DNA from: Candidatus Limnocylindrales bacterium
Lineage (GTDB): Bacteria; Acidobacteriota; Terriglobia; Acidiferrales; UBA7541
DNA length: 64,000 nucleotides
Direction of reading: 5' to 3'
NCBI GenBank assembly: GCA_035501415.1
Contig: DATJWH010000011.1
Coordinates: forward strand, 16,421-80,420
Position 1 is the stretch's first letter; every line of letters starts with the position of its first letter. A model generated the notes under the pieces. That model saw nothing but the letters and a program-made list of their open reading frames with translations, was not told the origin of the DNA and did no database searches. Of this stretch, positions 38,191 through 48,676 are shown piece by piece. Position numbers and translations under genes: made by a program.

Positions 38191-38264
38191 CCCGCGCAAA
38201 ACGAAGTTTCTCCGTGGCGCGCTCGCGTCCACGCGCCGCCTCTTCGCTGCCGATGGATGGGCCG

Positions 38265-38603
38265 CTAGCCCTTCGTCTTGGGGGGAACGTAGCCTTCGGG
38301 GAGCTTCGCGCCTTCGCCGAAGAAAAACTGCTCCATCTGTTCTTCCATGATCTTCTGCGAATTCGGGTCGAGGGGATTCAGCCGGAATTCGTTCATGACC
38401 ATCTTCGAGTGCTCGAGCCACATCTTCCAGGCTTCCTTCGACACGTTCTCGAAGACCCGCTTCCCCAGTTCGCCCTTCCACGGAATGCGGTCCAGCCCCG
38501 GCATTTCCTTGCCGAATTTCACGCACTTCACCATGCGCACGTTCTGTCCCGGCGCGGGCGGAGCGGCTTGTTGCGGAGCGTCTGAGCACTTCTCGTCGGC
38601 CAT
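38265..38603 (-). CDS. yggX: Fe(2+)-trafficking / oxidative-damage protection protein
   Basis: Core MVKCVKFGKEMPGLDRIPWKGELGKRVFENVSKEAWKMWLEHSKMVMNEFRLNP matches the YggX pattern. The start is either ATG 38603 or the internal ATG 38534. Confidence 0.8.
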   Translation of the reverse strand: MADEKCSDAPQQAAPPAPGQNVRMVKCVKFGKEMPGLDRIPWKGELGKRVFENVSKEAWKMWLEHSKMVMNEFRLNPLDPNSQKIMEEQMEQFFFGEGAKLPEGYVPPKTKG

Positions 38604-38804
38604 GAATGTCTCCGGTATGCGATTCCAAGATACTGCAAGCGCGCGCGAAATTCCACACGGGAGCGCGCGTCGCATGAAGCCGGGCCTCGCGCCGAAGCAT
38701 CTTTATGGAGTGGCATCTATGATAGGCTCTTGCGGGACGCGCAAGCCTCGACCGAACGCCAGATCTGCATCCGGCCCGCAGGCGTCGAACTCCGGAGACC
38801 GAAC

Positions 38805-40343
38805 GTGAACACACAATCTGCAGCTACTGCCGCCGCTTCCCACCACGATGCTTACTACTGCGAAATGCCGTCGGATCCTTGCGTCATCGTTATGTTTGGC
38901 GCCTCCGGCGACCTGGCGCGCAGGAAGCTTCTGCCCGCTTTGTACGACCTTGCCCGCCACGCATGCCTGGCTCCGCGTTTCCGCCTCCTCGGCTTCGCAC
39001 GCACCGAGATGAACGACGATGCCTTCCGGGAGCACGCGAGCGAATTCCTTCCCAAGGACGCCCATTCCGTCAGCGGATACACGCAGCAGGATTTCGAGAA
39101 GCAGCTCGTCTACTTCAGCGGCAATTACGACGACCCGCAAGCCTACCAGCGGCTCGCCCAGCGCCTCGGTGAACTCGACCGCGAAGGACGCCTTGGCGGC
39201 AACCGCCTTTTCTACCTTGCAGTTCCTCCGAGCGTGTACACCGGGATCATCGAGCAGCTCGGCAAAGCCGGCCTGAACAAGCCCTCGAGCGAAAAGTCTT
39301 GGACGCGCGTGATTATCGAGAAACCTTTCGGGCACGATTTGGCGTCGTGCCGCGAATTGAATGCCAAGGTCCTGGACGTCTTCGACGAATCGCAGGTTTA
39401 CCGCATCGATCACTACCTCGGCAAGGAGACTGTGCAGAACCTGCTCGTCTTCCGCTTCGGCAACGGCATCTTCGAGCCGCTCTGGAATCGCAACTACATC
39501 GACTCCGTCCAGATCACTGCGGGCGAATCCCTCGGCGTCGAAGCCCGCGCGGCATTCTACGAATCGGCCGGTGCCTTGCGCGACATGGTCCAGAGCCACA
39601 TGCTTCAACTCACGTCTCTCGTGGCGATCGAGGCTCCCGCGACCTTCGGCGCCACGGCCGTCCGAAACGAGAAAATCAAAGTCCTGCAATCGATTCGCCC
39701 GTTCACAAACGAGAGCATCTGGAAGTCGGTCGTGCGCGGCCAGTACGGCCCTGGAAGGATCGACGGAAAGCCGGTGCCCGGCTATCGCCAGGAACCTGGC
39801 GTCAAACCCGACTCCGCCACCGAAACATACGTCGCCCTCAAACTCTACGTCGACAACTGGCGCTGGAACGGCGTCCCATTCTATCTGCGCACCGGCAAGC
39901 GGCTCGCCAAGCCGCACACCGAGATCGCCATTCAGTTCAAGCAGGCCCCCCACATGGTTTTCGCCGGCCAGAATTCGAACCCGAACTCTTTGGTTCTGAA
40001 TATCCAGCCAGACGAAGGCATCTCTCTTTCGTTCGGCGCCAAAGCGCCCGGCGCGCAGATGCAAATTAGTCCTGTGACGATGGATTTTGGCTATCGCCAA
40101 ACGTTCGGTGGCGAGTCACGCGACGCTTACGCAACTCTGCTCAACGATTGCATACGCGGTGACGCGACGCTCTTCGATCGCGCTGACGGCGTCGAGGCCG
40201 CATGGCAGCTCATCGATCCGATTCTTGAAGCCTGGCGCACGGCGTCCGCGCCGCCTTTCCCGAATTATCCTGCCGGCAGCGACGGGCCGCGCGCTGCGGA
40301 CGATTTGACAGGTACGGACAGCCGCCGTTGGAGGGCGATCTGA
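38805..40343 (+). CDS. zwf: glucose-6-phosphate 1-dehydrogenase
   Basis: FGASGDLARRKL NADP motif, active-site RIDHYLGKE, EKPFG. The start is either GTG 38805 (GGAGA 6 nt upstream) or ATG 38865. Confidence 0.9.
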   Translation: MNTQSAATAAASHHDAYYCEMPSDPCVIVMFGASGDLARRKLLPALYDLARHACLAPRFRLLGFARTEMNDDAFREHASEFLPKDAHSVSGYTQQDFEKQLVYFSGNYDDPQAYQRLAQRLGELDREGRLGGNRLFYLAVPPSVYTGIIEQLGKAGLNKPSSEKSWTRVIIEKPFGHDLASCRELNAKVLDVFDESQVYRIDHYLGKETVQNLLVFRFGNGIFEPLWNRNYIDSVQITAGESLGVEARAAFYESAGALRDMVQSHMLQLTSLVAIEAPATFGATAVRNEKIKVLQSIRPFTNESIWKSVVRGQYGPGRIDGKPVPGYRQEPGVKPDSATETYVALKLYVDNWRWNGVPFYLRTGKRLAKPHTEIAIQFKQAPHMVFAGQNSNPNSLVLNIQPDEGISLSFGAKAPGAQMQISPVTMDFGYRQTFGGESRDAYATLLNDCIRGDATLFDRADGVEAAWQLIDPILEAWRTASAPPFPNYPAGSDGPRAADDLTGTDSRRWRAI

Positions 40344-40400
40344 GCGGCTCGCGGAGCAATTCCGGTTTGAGAACGCGCTAAACTACGTGCGGAGGAATCG

Positions 40401-41360
40401 ATGATTCTGGCGGGCGACTTGGGCGGGACCAAGACGAACCTCGGGCTGTTCGACGTAAAGAACGGCAAGCTGGTCCAGGTCACGTACAAGCGCTACACGA
40501 GCCACGAATATTCCGGCCTGCACGACATCGCGAAGGATTTCCTCAGCCAGAACGGCGCGAAAGTCACTGCTGCCTCGTTCGGCATCGCTGGCCCCGTCGT
40601 CAACAACACGGTGCATGCGACGAATCTACCGTGGGTTGTCGACGGCAGCGTCATGGCGAAATTTCTCGGCCTGCCGCACGTGCGTCTGCTGAACGACCTC
40701 GAAGCCACCGCGTATGGGATCCGCGTCCTCGAACCGGCCGATCTCGAGACAATTTACCCCGGCGTCCCCGCGCCTGATGCGACGCAGGTCGTCATCGCCG
40801 CTGGCACTGGACTCGGCGAGGGCATCCTCTTCTGGAACGGCAAGGAGCATATCCCGGTCGCCACCGAGGCCGGTCACGCCGATTTTTCGCCCAGCACCGA
40901 CCAGCAGGCCAATCTCTGGAAGTTCCTCAAAAAGCGCAACGACTTCGTGAGTTCGGAGATCATCCTCTCCGGCCGCGGATTTCAGAGCATCCACGAATTT
41001 CTCAGCCCCTACGACAAGCACCCGGGCTTCGATCCCACCACGGATCCCGCCCCTGAAATCACGCGCAGGGCGCTCGCCGGGGAATGTCCCGTGTGCGTCG
41101 CCACACTGGAACTCTGGCTGGATATCTACGGCGCCGAAGCCGGAAATTTCGCGCTGCGTACGCTGGCCCGCGGCGGCATTTTCATCGCGGGCGGCATCGC
41201 CGTCAAAGTCCTCGCGAAATTGAAGGACGGCCGCTTCGCCGCCGCCGTGCGACACAAGGAAAAGCTCGAAGACTTCCTCGCTAAGATTCCGATCAAGGTG
41301 ATCTTGAACGAAGAATGCCCGCTCATGGGCGCTGCGTTCGTCGCGTGGAAAGCTTCTTGA
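40401..41360 (+). CDS. glk: glucokinase
   Basis: MILAGDLGGTKTNLGLF ATP-binding N-terminus, 319 aa, downstream of zwf. Confidence 0.85.
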   Translation: MILAGDLGGTKTNLGLFDVKNGKLVQVTYKRYTSHEYSGLHDIAKDFLSQNGAKVTAASFGIAGPVVNNTVHATNLPWVVDGSVMAKFLGLPHVRLLNDLEATAYGIRVLEPADLETIYPGVPAPDATQVVIAAGTGLGEGILFWNGKEHIPVATEAGHADFSPSTDQQANLWKFLKKRNDFVSSEIILSGRGFQSIHEFLSPYDKHPGFDPTTDPAPEITRRALAGECPVCVATLELWLDIYGAEAGNFALRTLARGGIFIAGGIAVKVLAKLKDGRFAAAVRHKEKLEDFLAKIPIKVILNEECPLMGAAFVAWKAS

Positions 41361-41433
41361 TCCACCGCATCCACGGCCGCGATCGGCGGCCTCGAAGCGC
41401 CTCATCGCGAAGCTCGCGCTTGCCCCCGCCAGC

Positions 41434-44400
41434 CTAGAACTTCGGGTGATACACCGGATATGCCGGCCGCTTGTACGTCGGCAGCGGATGCTCCTTCAGC
41501 GATTCAAGCATTACCTCCACCGCCTTCTCCAGTTGCGGATCGTGCCCCTCGCGAACCAGCTTCGGATCGAGCTCGACCTCCACATCTGGCGCGATTCCAT
41601 GGTTCTCCACTTCCCATTCGCCCTGCGTGCCGTAGATGGCCCATCGCGGCGCGGTGACGTTGCCGCCATCGATCAGTTGAGGATAATTCCCGATGCCGAC
41701 CAGCCCGCCCCAAGTCCGCATCCCGACCAGCGGCCCAATACCCGCCTTGCGGAAGTACCACGGCATCGCGTCGCCGCCCGATCCCGCGAATTCATTGATG
41801 ATCATCGTCTTCGGGCCGTAGATCGCTTCCTGCGGCTCCGAATACGTTTCGCCCTCGCGCGTTTGCACGAAGCTCATCACCGGCCTGCGCAGGTAATCGA
41901 TGATGTAGTCAGCCAGGTCGCCGCCGCCGTTGAACCGCTCATCGAGCACCGCTCCTTCCTTCCCCACCTGGGCGAAATAGTAGCGATTGAAATTCGTGTA
42001 GCCCGCGCCCGCTGTGTTGGGCAGGTAGACATACGCAAGCTTCCCGCCGCTCAGCTTGTCCACTTTGCGCCGGTTGCCCTCAATCCAGTCGAGATTCCGC
42101 AGTGCGGTTTCGCTCTCGACGGGAACCACCGTCACATCGCGTGATCCGCTGCCGTCCGCGTTTGGCCCCACCTTCAGCACTATCTGCTGCCCGGCCGTCT
42201 CCTGGAAGAAGCTGTAGACGTTGTCGGACGCATGCAGCTCGCGCCCGTTCACTTCGAGCAGATATTCGCCTTCCTTCACGTTCACGCCCGGCTGCGTCAG
42301 CGGCGCGTGAAGCTGCGGGTTCCAGTTCTCGCCGCTGTAAATATGCGTGAAGCGGTAGCGCCCGTTTTCGATCGAGTAATCGGCGCCCAGCAGCCCCACC
42401 TTCACTTTCTTCAGATCCGGCTGCGTGCCGCCTCCCACGAACATGTGCAGCACGTTCAGGTTGCCGAGCATGTCGCCGAACAGATAATCCAGATCGGCGC
42501 GGCTCGTGATCCCCGCAAGGAATGGTTCGTAGGCCGCTTCCGCCGCCTTCAAGTTCAAGCCGTGGAAATGCGGATCGTAGAAGAAGTCGCGCTCGATGCG
42601 CCACACTTCGCGGTACATCTGGTTCCACTCGGCCCGCGGATCGACGCGCACTTCCATGTCTTCCGTCTTCAGCTGGCCTTCGCCCGGCTTCAGCGATTTG
42701 TCCGCCGGAGCGATGGACCATTTATGGCCCTGCTCATACAGCATCTTTTCGCCGTTCGCCGAAATCGCAAAATTCTCCACGCCGTCCGCGATCTTCTCCG
42801 TCTTGCGCGTCTTCAAATCGAAGCGCTGGATCGCGGCGTGTGGCGGACCCTGCGGGGTGACCTCTGGTCCCTCTGCGAGATAGAGGATTCCTTCCTTGCC
42901 GGCGAACATGCCGTAATAATTGTGCTCGGCAATCGGCAGCGCCAGAATCCGCTGGCCGAGACCTTCGAAATCGATGGTGACCTTCGGCGGCTCCTTTTCC
43001 TTCTCCTTCTTTTCCTCATCCTTGCCTTTGTTCTGGTCCGCCGCTTGATCCGGCTTCTTGTCCTTCGACTCGGCCGCCTTCTCGTCATCGCTTTCGGGCG
43101 CGATCGGCGACGGCAAGTCCTTGCGCAGCACCGCGACATACACCGCGCGCGTCACGGGATGGTCGATGCTGGTCATGTCGAGCCAGCCGGTTGAGAGACC
43201 CGTATTCGTGCTCGCCGTGAAGTACAGATATTTTCCGTCCTTGTCGAAATTGGGATACATCGCGTCGCTCATGCCGTCGGTTACTTGCGTCGCCTTCTTG
43301 TCGTCGAGCGAATACACAAAGACGGCTCGCAGATGGTTTTGAAGCTGCATCGTGTAGGTCAGCCACGCGCTGTCGGGCGACCACATCACGTCAAACTCGT
43401 GAAGCGGCGAATCGAACCGGTCGGTGTCCACCTTCACCGGCGTTGGATGATCGAGGTCGACGTACCAGAGGTTCAGGCGCTTGTCGCTGTAGGCGATCTT
43501 CTTGCTGTCGGGCGACCACGTCGGTGTGTAGAAATACGACGGCGGCTCTCCCAGGTCGATTTTTCGCGGTTTCGCGAGTCCTTCTTGCGGAGTGATGTAG
43601 AGCGCGTATTCGCCCGACTCATCGGAAAAGTACGCGATCGATTTTCCGTCGGGGGACCACGCCGGATCGCGGTCTGCCGCCCCGGGGCTGTGCGTGAGAT
43701 TGCGAATGTCGCCTTTTTCCGCTGGCACGGTCAGAATCTCGCCGTGCGCCTCGAACACCGCCCGCTGCCCGGTCGGCGAAATCTGCGCGTTCGCAATGTG
43801 ATCGCCCACCTTTTCGAAGTGCGGGAGAACTTGCGGCATGTCAGCCGCGATGTGGACTTCGATTCGGTGCGCGCTTCCCGTGGCGGGATCGTACAGATGC
43901 AGCGAGCCAAGCTGTTCGTAGACGATTCCTCCCGGGCCAGCTGACGCCGACTTGAAATCAAAACTTTCGTTCTTCACCACTTCGCGCACGGCCTTGGTTT
44001 TCGTGTCATAGGCGAAAAGCGCAAAGCTGCCCTCGCGGTCCGAAATGAAATAGATCGTGTCTCCCACCCACATCGGATTGAAGTCGTTGGAATTGTCGCG
44101 CGGCAACTTTACGATGTTGGAATCCGAAAGGTCGGCGATCCAGATGGGCGAGGTCATGCCTCCGCGATAGTGCCGGATCGAGATGTAGTTGTCTCCGGCG
44201 CCAAGGCGGCGATTCCACAGCGGCACGTAGGCGAGGTGAGATCCATCCGCCGAGTACGATGCTTCGACGCCCATTGGCAGAGGCAGCTCCGCGGGCAATC
44301 CGCCGTTCACTGAAACCGTGAAAAGCTTCTCGAAGCGCGAATAGCCGTCGCGCGTCGAGCGGAAGAGAACATTCTTGCCGTCAGGAGTCCAGCCGATGGC

Positions 44401-44730
44401 GACGTCGGTGCCGGGATGATAGGTCAAGCGGTGCGGCTCGCCTCCTGAAGCGGAGACGACGTACACGTCCTGGTTTCCGTCGTAGTCTCCCGTGTAGGCG
44501 ATCATCGATCCGTCCGGCGAGAAGACAGGGCCGCTTTCGAGGCCCGTGCCGGTCACGACCCGCCGCGCATCGCCGCCGTTGCGATCGACTTCCCAGATGT
44601 CGCCGCCGTACGCGAACGCGATTTGAGTCTTGCTCAGCGTCGGGCTTTGCAGCAGCAACGGTTTCGACTCCTGCGCGCGGCACAGTCCCGCGACGACAAG
44701 CAGAGAAAGAACCAGTGCAGCTTTCTTCAT
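41434..44730 (-). CDS. tricorn-like S41 protease with N-terminal TolB/WD40-like beta-propellers
   Basis: 1098 aa. Signal MKKAALVLSLLVVAGLCRAQ, repeated PxFSPDG/WSPDG propeller motifs, C-terminal S41 region NEFAGSGGDAMPWYF. Confidence 0.8.
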   Translation of the reverse strand: MKKAALVLSLLVVAGLCRAQESKPLLLQSPTLSKTQIAFAYGGDIWEVDRNGGDARRVVTGTGLESGPVFSPDGSMIAYTGDYDGNQDVYVVSASGGEPHRLTYHPGTDVAIGWTPDGKNVLFRSTRDGYSRFEKLFTVSVNGGLPAELPLPMGVEASYSADGSHLAYVPLWNRRLGAGDNYISIRHYRGGMTSPIWIADLSDSNIVKLPRDNSNDFNPMWVGDTIYFISDREGSFALFAYDTKTKAVREVVKNESFDFKSASAGPGGIVYEQLGSLHLYDPATGSAHRIEVHIAADMPQVLPHFEKVGDHIANAQISPTGQRAVFEAHGEILTVPAEKGDIRNLTHSPGAADRDPAWSPDGKSIAYFSDESGEYALYITPQEGLAKPRKIDLGEPPSYFYTPTWSPDSKKIAYSDKRLNLWYVDLDHPTPVKVDTDRFDSPLHEFDVMWSPDSAWLTYTMQLQNHLRAVFVYSLDDKKATQVTDGMSDAMYPNFDKDGKYLYFTASTNTGLSTGWLDMTSIDHPVTRAVYVAVLRKDLPSPIAPESDDEKAAESKDKKPDQAADQNKGKDEEKKEKEKEPPKVTIDFEGLGQRILALPIAEHNYYGMFAGKEGILYLAEGPEVTPQGPPHAAIQRFDLKTRKTEKIADGVENFAISANGEKMLYEQGHKWSIAPADKSLKPGEGQLKTEDMEVRVDPRAEWNQMYREVWRIERDFFYDPHFHGLNLKAAEAAYEPFLAGITSRADLDYLFGDMLGNLNVLHMFVGGGTQPDLKKVKVGLLGADYSIENGRYRFTHIYSGENWNPQLHAPLTQPGVNVKEGEYLLEVNGRELHASDNVYSFFQETAGQQIVLKVGPNADGSGSRDVTVVPVESETALRNLDWIEGNRRKVDKLSGGKLAYVYLPNTAGAGYTNFNRYYFAQVGKEGAVLDERFNGGGDLADYIIDYLRRPVMSFVQTREGETYSEPQEAIYGPKTMIINEFAGSGGDAMPWYFRKAGIGPLVGMRTWGGLVGIGNYPQLIDGGNVTAPRWAIYGTQGEWEVENHGIAPDVEVELDPKLVREGHDPQLEKAVEVMLESLKEHPLPTYKRPAYPVYHPKF

Positions 44731-44930
44731 GATTGCCTCTCGACGTGCAGATTTCTTCCGTGTGGTCGTTGATTCGGCCGGGTGAATCCTACCACGGTGA
44801 CGCTTTGCCGGGGCGCGATTGCTTGAGATTCGAAGCGTTCAGCGCCGACCCGAAGCATTGTAGAATTGCGTCCGCGCGGTTCCGGCGGTCAGGCGCGCGT
44901 AGTATCCTGGCGCACCGAAAAGGGGAAACG

Positions 44931-45365
44931 ATGCCGAATGGGAAGAAAGTCGCTGCGAAGCAGCCGCGGGGCAAGAGTCCCGCGGTTGTCATCGACCGCT
45001 ATCTGGAGAGGCGAAATCCCGTGCTGAAGCAGGTCGCCAACGGCCTGCGGTCGCTTGTGAAGAAGGCTGTGCCGCAATCCCGCGAGGACGTCAATCCCTG
45101 GGGCATCCCGGTATTCGATTTTCACGGCCCGTTCTGCCTGCTGATGGCCGGAAAGAATCACATCACGTTCGGCTTCACGCGCGGCACATCGCTTGCTGAT
45201 CCTGGCAAGCTGCTCGAAGGCACGGGCAAGAATTTGCGCCATGTGAAGGTGAAGGAGAAGGAGCAGTTGCGCGATACGAATTTGCGTCAACTGATTCGAA
45301 ATGCGGCTGCGCTGAATCGCGAGACGCCCTTGACTTCGACGATGCGCGTGAAGAAGCCTGGCTGA
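44931..45365 (+). CDS. DUF1801-like (YdhG-like) small protein
   Basis: ATG 44931 preceded by AAGGGGA. 144 aa. The pattern EDVNPWGIPVFDFHGPFCLLMAGKNHITFGFTRG resembles the DUF1801 family. Confidence 0.55.
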   Translation: MPNGKKVAAKQPRGKSPAVVIDRYLERRNPVLKQVANGLRSLVKKAVPQSREDVNPWGIPVFDFHGPFCLLMAGKNHITFGFTRGTSLADPGKLLEGTGKNLRHVKVKEKEQLRDTNLRQLIRNAAALNRETPLTSTMRVKKPG

Positions 45366-45377
45366 GGCGGCGACGAA

Positions 45378-47027
45378 ATGCGAAGCAAGGCCCTGAAACT
45401 CGATGCACGCGACAATGTGCTGATCGCGCTCGTGGATTTGAAGCGGGGCGAAACGGTCGCTTTCGACGGCGCCACGTTCGAACTTGCTTCCGACGTTCCG
45501 GCGAAGCACAAGTTCGCCACAAAGGACCTGGGCGCCGGCGCCGAAGTGATCATGTACGGCGTGCTCGTCGGCAAGACCATGGAGTCGGTGCGGCGCGGCG
45601 AAGCCATCACGACGCGGAATCTGCATCATGAAAGCAGCGCGTTTCGCGACAAGGCGCGAGAGTATCGCTGGCAGGCGCCGGACGTCTCGCGCTGGGCCTC
45701 GCGCACATTTCAGGGATTCAAGCGCCCGGATGGGCAGGTGGGCACGCGCAATCACTGGCTGGTTGTCCCGCTCGTCTTCTGCGAGAACCGCAACATCGCC
45801 GTGCTGAAGCAGGCGTTCGAGGAGGAGCTCGGCTTCGCGCGGCCGCAGGTGTACCGGAGCCAGGTGGCGGAGTTGGCGCGGCTCTATCGCGAGGGGCGCG
45901 CGGACGAAATCCGCGACCAAAAGCAATCGGCGCCGGCGGGCGGCGCGCCGCGGTCGCACATCTTCGAGCACATCGACGGAATCAAGTTTCTGATGCATGA
46001 AGGCGGCTGCGGCTGCACGCGCGAGGATGCACGCAACCTGTGCGGCTTGATCGCGGGCTACATCCACCATCCCAACGTCGCGGGCGCCACGGTGCTGAGC
46101 CTTGGATGCCAGCATTCGCAGATCGCCATCCTGCGCGAGGAGATTCGGAAGCGCGACCCGCATCTTGCCAAACCGCTGCTGATTTTCGAGCAGCAGCGCG
46201 CGGGGACTGAATTCGACATGCTGTCCGCGGCGGTGCGCGAAACGTTTCTCGGGCTGATCGAGGCGGAGAAGGCGCGGCGCGAGCCGGCGCCGCTCTCGCA
46301 TCTCACGCTGGGATTGAAGTGCGGCGGCTCCGATGGATTTTCGGGCATCTCCGCGAATCCGGCGATCGGCCACACGGCGGATTTGGTTGCAGCGCTGGGA
46401 GGGCGGGGAATTCTTTCCGAGTTTCCGGAGCTTTGCGGCGTCGAGCAGGAATTGATCGACCGCAGCACGAATAAGGAAGTAGGCAACCGCTTCATTGAGT
46501 TGATGCGCGATTATGCGGCCCGCGCGAAAGCCGTTCATTCCGGATTCGACATGAACCCCTCGCCGGGAAACATTCGCGATGGATTGATCACGGACGCGAT
46601 GAAATCGGCCGGCGCAGCGAAGAAAGGCGGCACGTCGCCGGTCACAGCTGTGCTCGATTATCCGGAGTATTCGTCGACGCCCGGATTGAATCTTCAATGC
46701 ACGCCCGGCAGCGACGTGGAGTGCGTTTCGGCGCAAGTTGGAGCTGGCGCGAACGTGGTGCTGTTCACGACGGGGCTGGGCACGCCGACGGGCAATGCGA
46801 TTGCGCCGGTGGTGAAGCTCGCCACGAATTCGGAGCTCGCAGCGCGGATGAACGACATCATCGATGTCGATACCGGCGCGGTCGTTCGTGGAGAATCCAC
46901 GATCGAGCAGATGGGCGAAGCGATTCTCGAATTCGTGATCAAGGTCGCGAGCGGCGAGGCGAAGACCAAGGCCGAGCTGCTGGGCCAGGACGATTTCATC
47001 CCGTGGAAGCGCGGAGTTTCGCTGTGA
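45378..47027 (+). CDS. UxaA-family sugar-acid dehydratase (altronate/galactarate-dehydratase-like)
   Basis: N-terminal SAF domain (LDARDNVLIALVDLKRGE), central Cys-rich HEGGCGC and GLKCGGSDGFSG motifs, 549 aa. Confidence 0.8.
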   Translation: MRSKALKLDARDNVLIALVDLKRGETVAFDGATFELASDVPAKHKFATKDLGAGAEVIMYGVLVGKTMESVRRGEAITTRNLHHESSAFRDKAREYRWQAPDVSRWASRTFQGFKRPDGQVGTRNHWLVVPLVFCENRNIAVLKQAFEEELGFARPQVYRSQVAELARLYREGRADEIRDQKQSAPAGGAPRSHIFEHIDGIKFLMHEGGCGCTREDARNLCGLIAGYIHHPNVAGATVLSLGCQHSQIAILREEIRKRDPHLAKPLLIFEQQRAGTEFDMLSAAVRETFLGLIEAEKARREPAPLSHLTLGLKCGGSDGFSGISANPAIGHTADLVAALGGRGILSEFPELCGVEQELIDRSTNKEVGNRFIELMRDYAARAKAVHSGFDMNPSPGNIRDGLITDAMKSAGAAKKGGTSPVTAVLDYPEYSSTPGLNLQCTPGSDVECVSAQVGAGANVVLFTTGLGTPTGNAIAPVVKLATNSELAARMNDIIDVDTGAVVRGESTIEQMGEAILEFVIKVASGEAKTKAELLGQDDFIPWKRGVSL

Positions 47028-47815
47028 GTTCAAACGGCGCGGCTCCTTTTCGACTCGACGGCAAGACCGCCGTGGTTACCGGCGGCGGAAGCGGCATCGG
47101 ACGGGCGATCGCGAACCGGTTCGCGGAGCAGGGCGCGGCAGTTTTTATTCTGGATGTAAATCGCGGCGCGGGAGAAGAGGTGGCGCGCGAGGTCGCGGCA
47201 AAGCAGGGCCGCGCGAAGGCCATTGCGTGCGACATTTCGGATCAGCAGCAGGCCAAGGCCGCGTTCGACGAAATCGCGCGCGAAGGACCAATCCAGATCC
47301 TGGTGAACAACGCAGGCATCTCGCAGATCGGCTCGCTCGAAAAAACGGCGGAGAGCGATTTCGACCGCATCTTCCGCGTGAACGTGAAGGGCATGTACAA
47401 CTGCATGCTCGCGTGCGCCGAGCGGATGAAGGCGCATGGCGGCGTGATCCTGAACATGGCGTCGATTGCGGGCTCGGCAGGGCTCGCGGACCGCTTCGCG
47501 TATTCGATGAGCAAGGGCGCGGTGATTGCGATGACCTATTCGGTGGCGCGAGACTATCTGGCCTACAAAATCCGCTGCAATTGCATTTCGCCGGCGCGCG
47601 TGCACACGCCGTTCGTGGACGACTATCTGCGGAAGAATTATCCCGGGCACGAGCGGGAAATGTTCGAGAAGCTCTCGCAGGCGCAGCCCATCGGCCGCAT
47701 GGCGCAGCCCTCCGAAGTGGCGGATTTCGCGCTTTTTCTGTGCTCGGATCAGGCAGCCTTCATTACTGGCGTCGATTACCCGATCGATGGGGGCTTCACG
47801 AATCTTCATGGCTGA
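47024..47815 (+). CDS. SDR-family oxidoreductase
   Basis: GTG 47024 overlaps the uxaA-like stop (GTGA). TGGGSGIG, NNAG, YSMSK (YxxxK). Confidence 0.8.
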   Translation: MSSNGAAPFRLDGKTAVVTGGGSGIGRAIANRFAEQGAAVFILDVNRGAGEEVAREVAAKQGRAKAIACDISDQQQAKAAFDEIAREGPIQILVNNAGISQIGSLEKTAESDFDRIFRVNVKGMYNCMLACAERMKAHGGVILNMASIAGSAGLADRFAYSMSKGAVIAMTYSVARDYLAYKIRCNCISPARVHTPFVDDYLRKNYPGHEREMFEKLSQAQPIGRMAQPSEVADFALFLCSDQAAFITGVDYPIDGGFTNLHG

Positions 47816-47821
47816 CATGCC

Positions 47822-48676
47822 TTGAGAATCGATTCCCACCAACATTTCTGGAAATACGATCCGCGGCGGGACGCGTGGATCACGGACGAGATGGCCGTCC
47901 TGAAGCGTGATTTTCTGCCGGAGGAACTGATGCCGGAGCTTCGGGAGAACGGCATCGGCGGCAGCGTCGCGGTGCAGGCCGCGCATTCCGAGAATGAGAC
48001 GCGATTCCTGCTCGAACTGGCGGACCAGCATCCGGAAATTCTCGGTGTCGTCGGATGGGTGGACCTGCGGCAACCGGACGCGGCCGGGCGGTTGGAATTC
48101 TTTTCTCGATTTGCGAAGTTTCGCGGAGTGCGGCACGTGGTCCAGGCGGAGCCGGACGACCGTTTTTTGCTGAGCGAGGATTTCTGCCGCGGCATCTCGC
48201 TTCTTCGGCGGTTTGGATTCACGTACGACATTTTGATTTATCCGAAGCACCTTCCGGCGGCGTGCGAATTCGTCGCCAAATTTCCCGAGCAGCGATTTGT
48301 GGTCGACCATCTGGCAAAGCCGCCGATTCGCGAGAAGAATCTCGGGGCCTGGGCGAAGGGGATGCGCGCCATCGCGGCGCAACCGAACGTATTCTGCAAA
48401 CTCTCGGGACTGATTACGGAAGCGGACTGGCGCTCCTGGCGGCCGGACGATTGCAAGCCGTGCCTGGACGTGGCGTTCGAAGCGTTTGGCGCAGACCGGC
48501 TCATGTTCGGCTCCGATTGGCCCGTGTGCCTGTTGGCGGGGACGTACCGGCAGGTGAAGGATTTGATCGCGGGCTACGTTTGCCGTCTCTCAGCGGCCGA
48601 GCAGGAAAAAATCTTCGGTTTGAATGCGGCGCGATTTTATGGTTTAAGGACTCCTCGTCATGGACCTGCAACTTAA
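47822..48676 (+). CDS. amidohydrolase-2 (COG3618-type sugar lactonase, L-fucono-1,5-lactonase-like)
   Basis: RIDSHQHFW metal-binding N-terminus, GSDWPV near the C-terminus. TTG start assumed. Confidence 0.75.
   Translation: MRIDSHQHFWKYDPRRDAWITDEMAVLKRDFLPEELMPELRENGIGGSVAVQAAHSENETRFLLELADQHPEILGVVGWVDLRQPDAAGRLEFFSRFAKFRGVRHVVQAEPDDRFLLSEDFCRGISLLRRFGFTYDILIYPKHLPAACEFVAKFPEQRFVVDHLAKPPIREKNLGAWAKGMRAIAAQPNVFCKLSGLITEADWRSWRPDDCKPCLDVAFEAFGADRLMFGSDWPVCLLAGTYRQVKDLIAGYVCRLSAAEQEKIFGLNAARFYGLRTPRHGPAT

Noticed and set aside
38188-38262. Read-through of the ATP-grasp TGA stop as a third Sec site
   Set aside because: The downstream frame is short and Arg/Pro-rich. I noted no obvious hairpin at the expected distance and no redox-type motif around the TGA.
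38703-40100. 465-aa minus-strand ORF
   Set aside because: Antisense to zwf (RIDHYLGKE and GASGDL motifs are on the plus strand).
44889-47033. 714-aa minus-strand ORF
   Set aside because: Antisense shadow of the DUF1801-like and UxaA-family genes. It is Arg-rich with no motifs.
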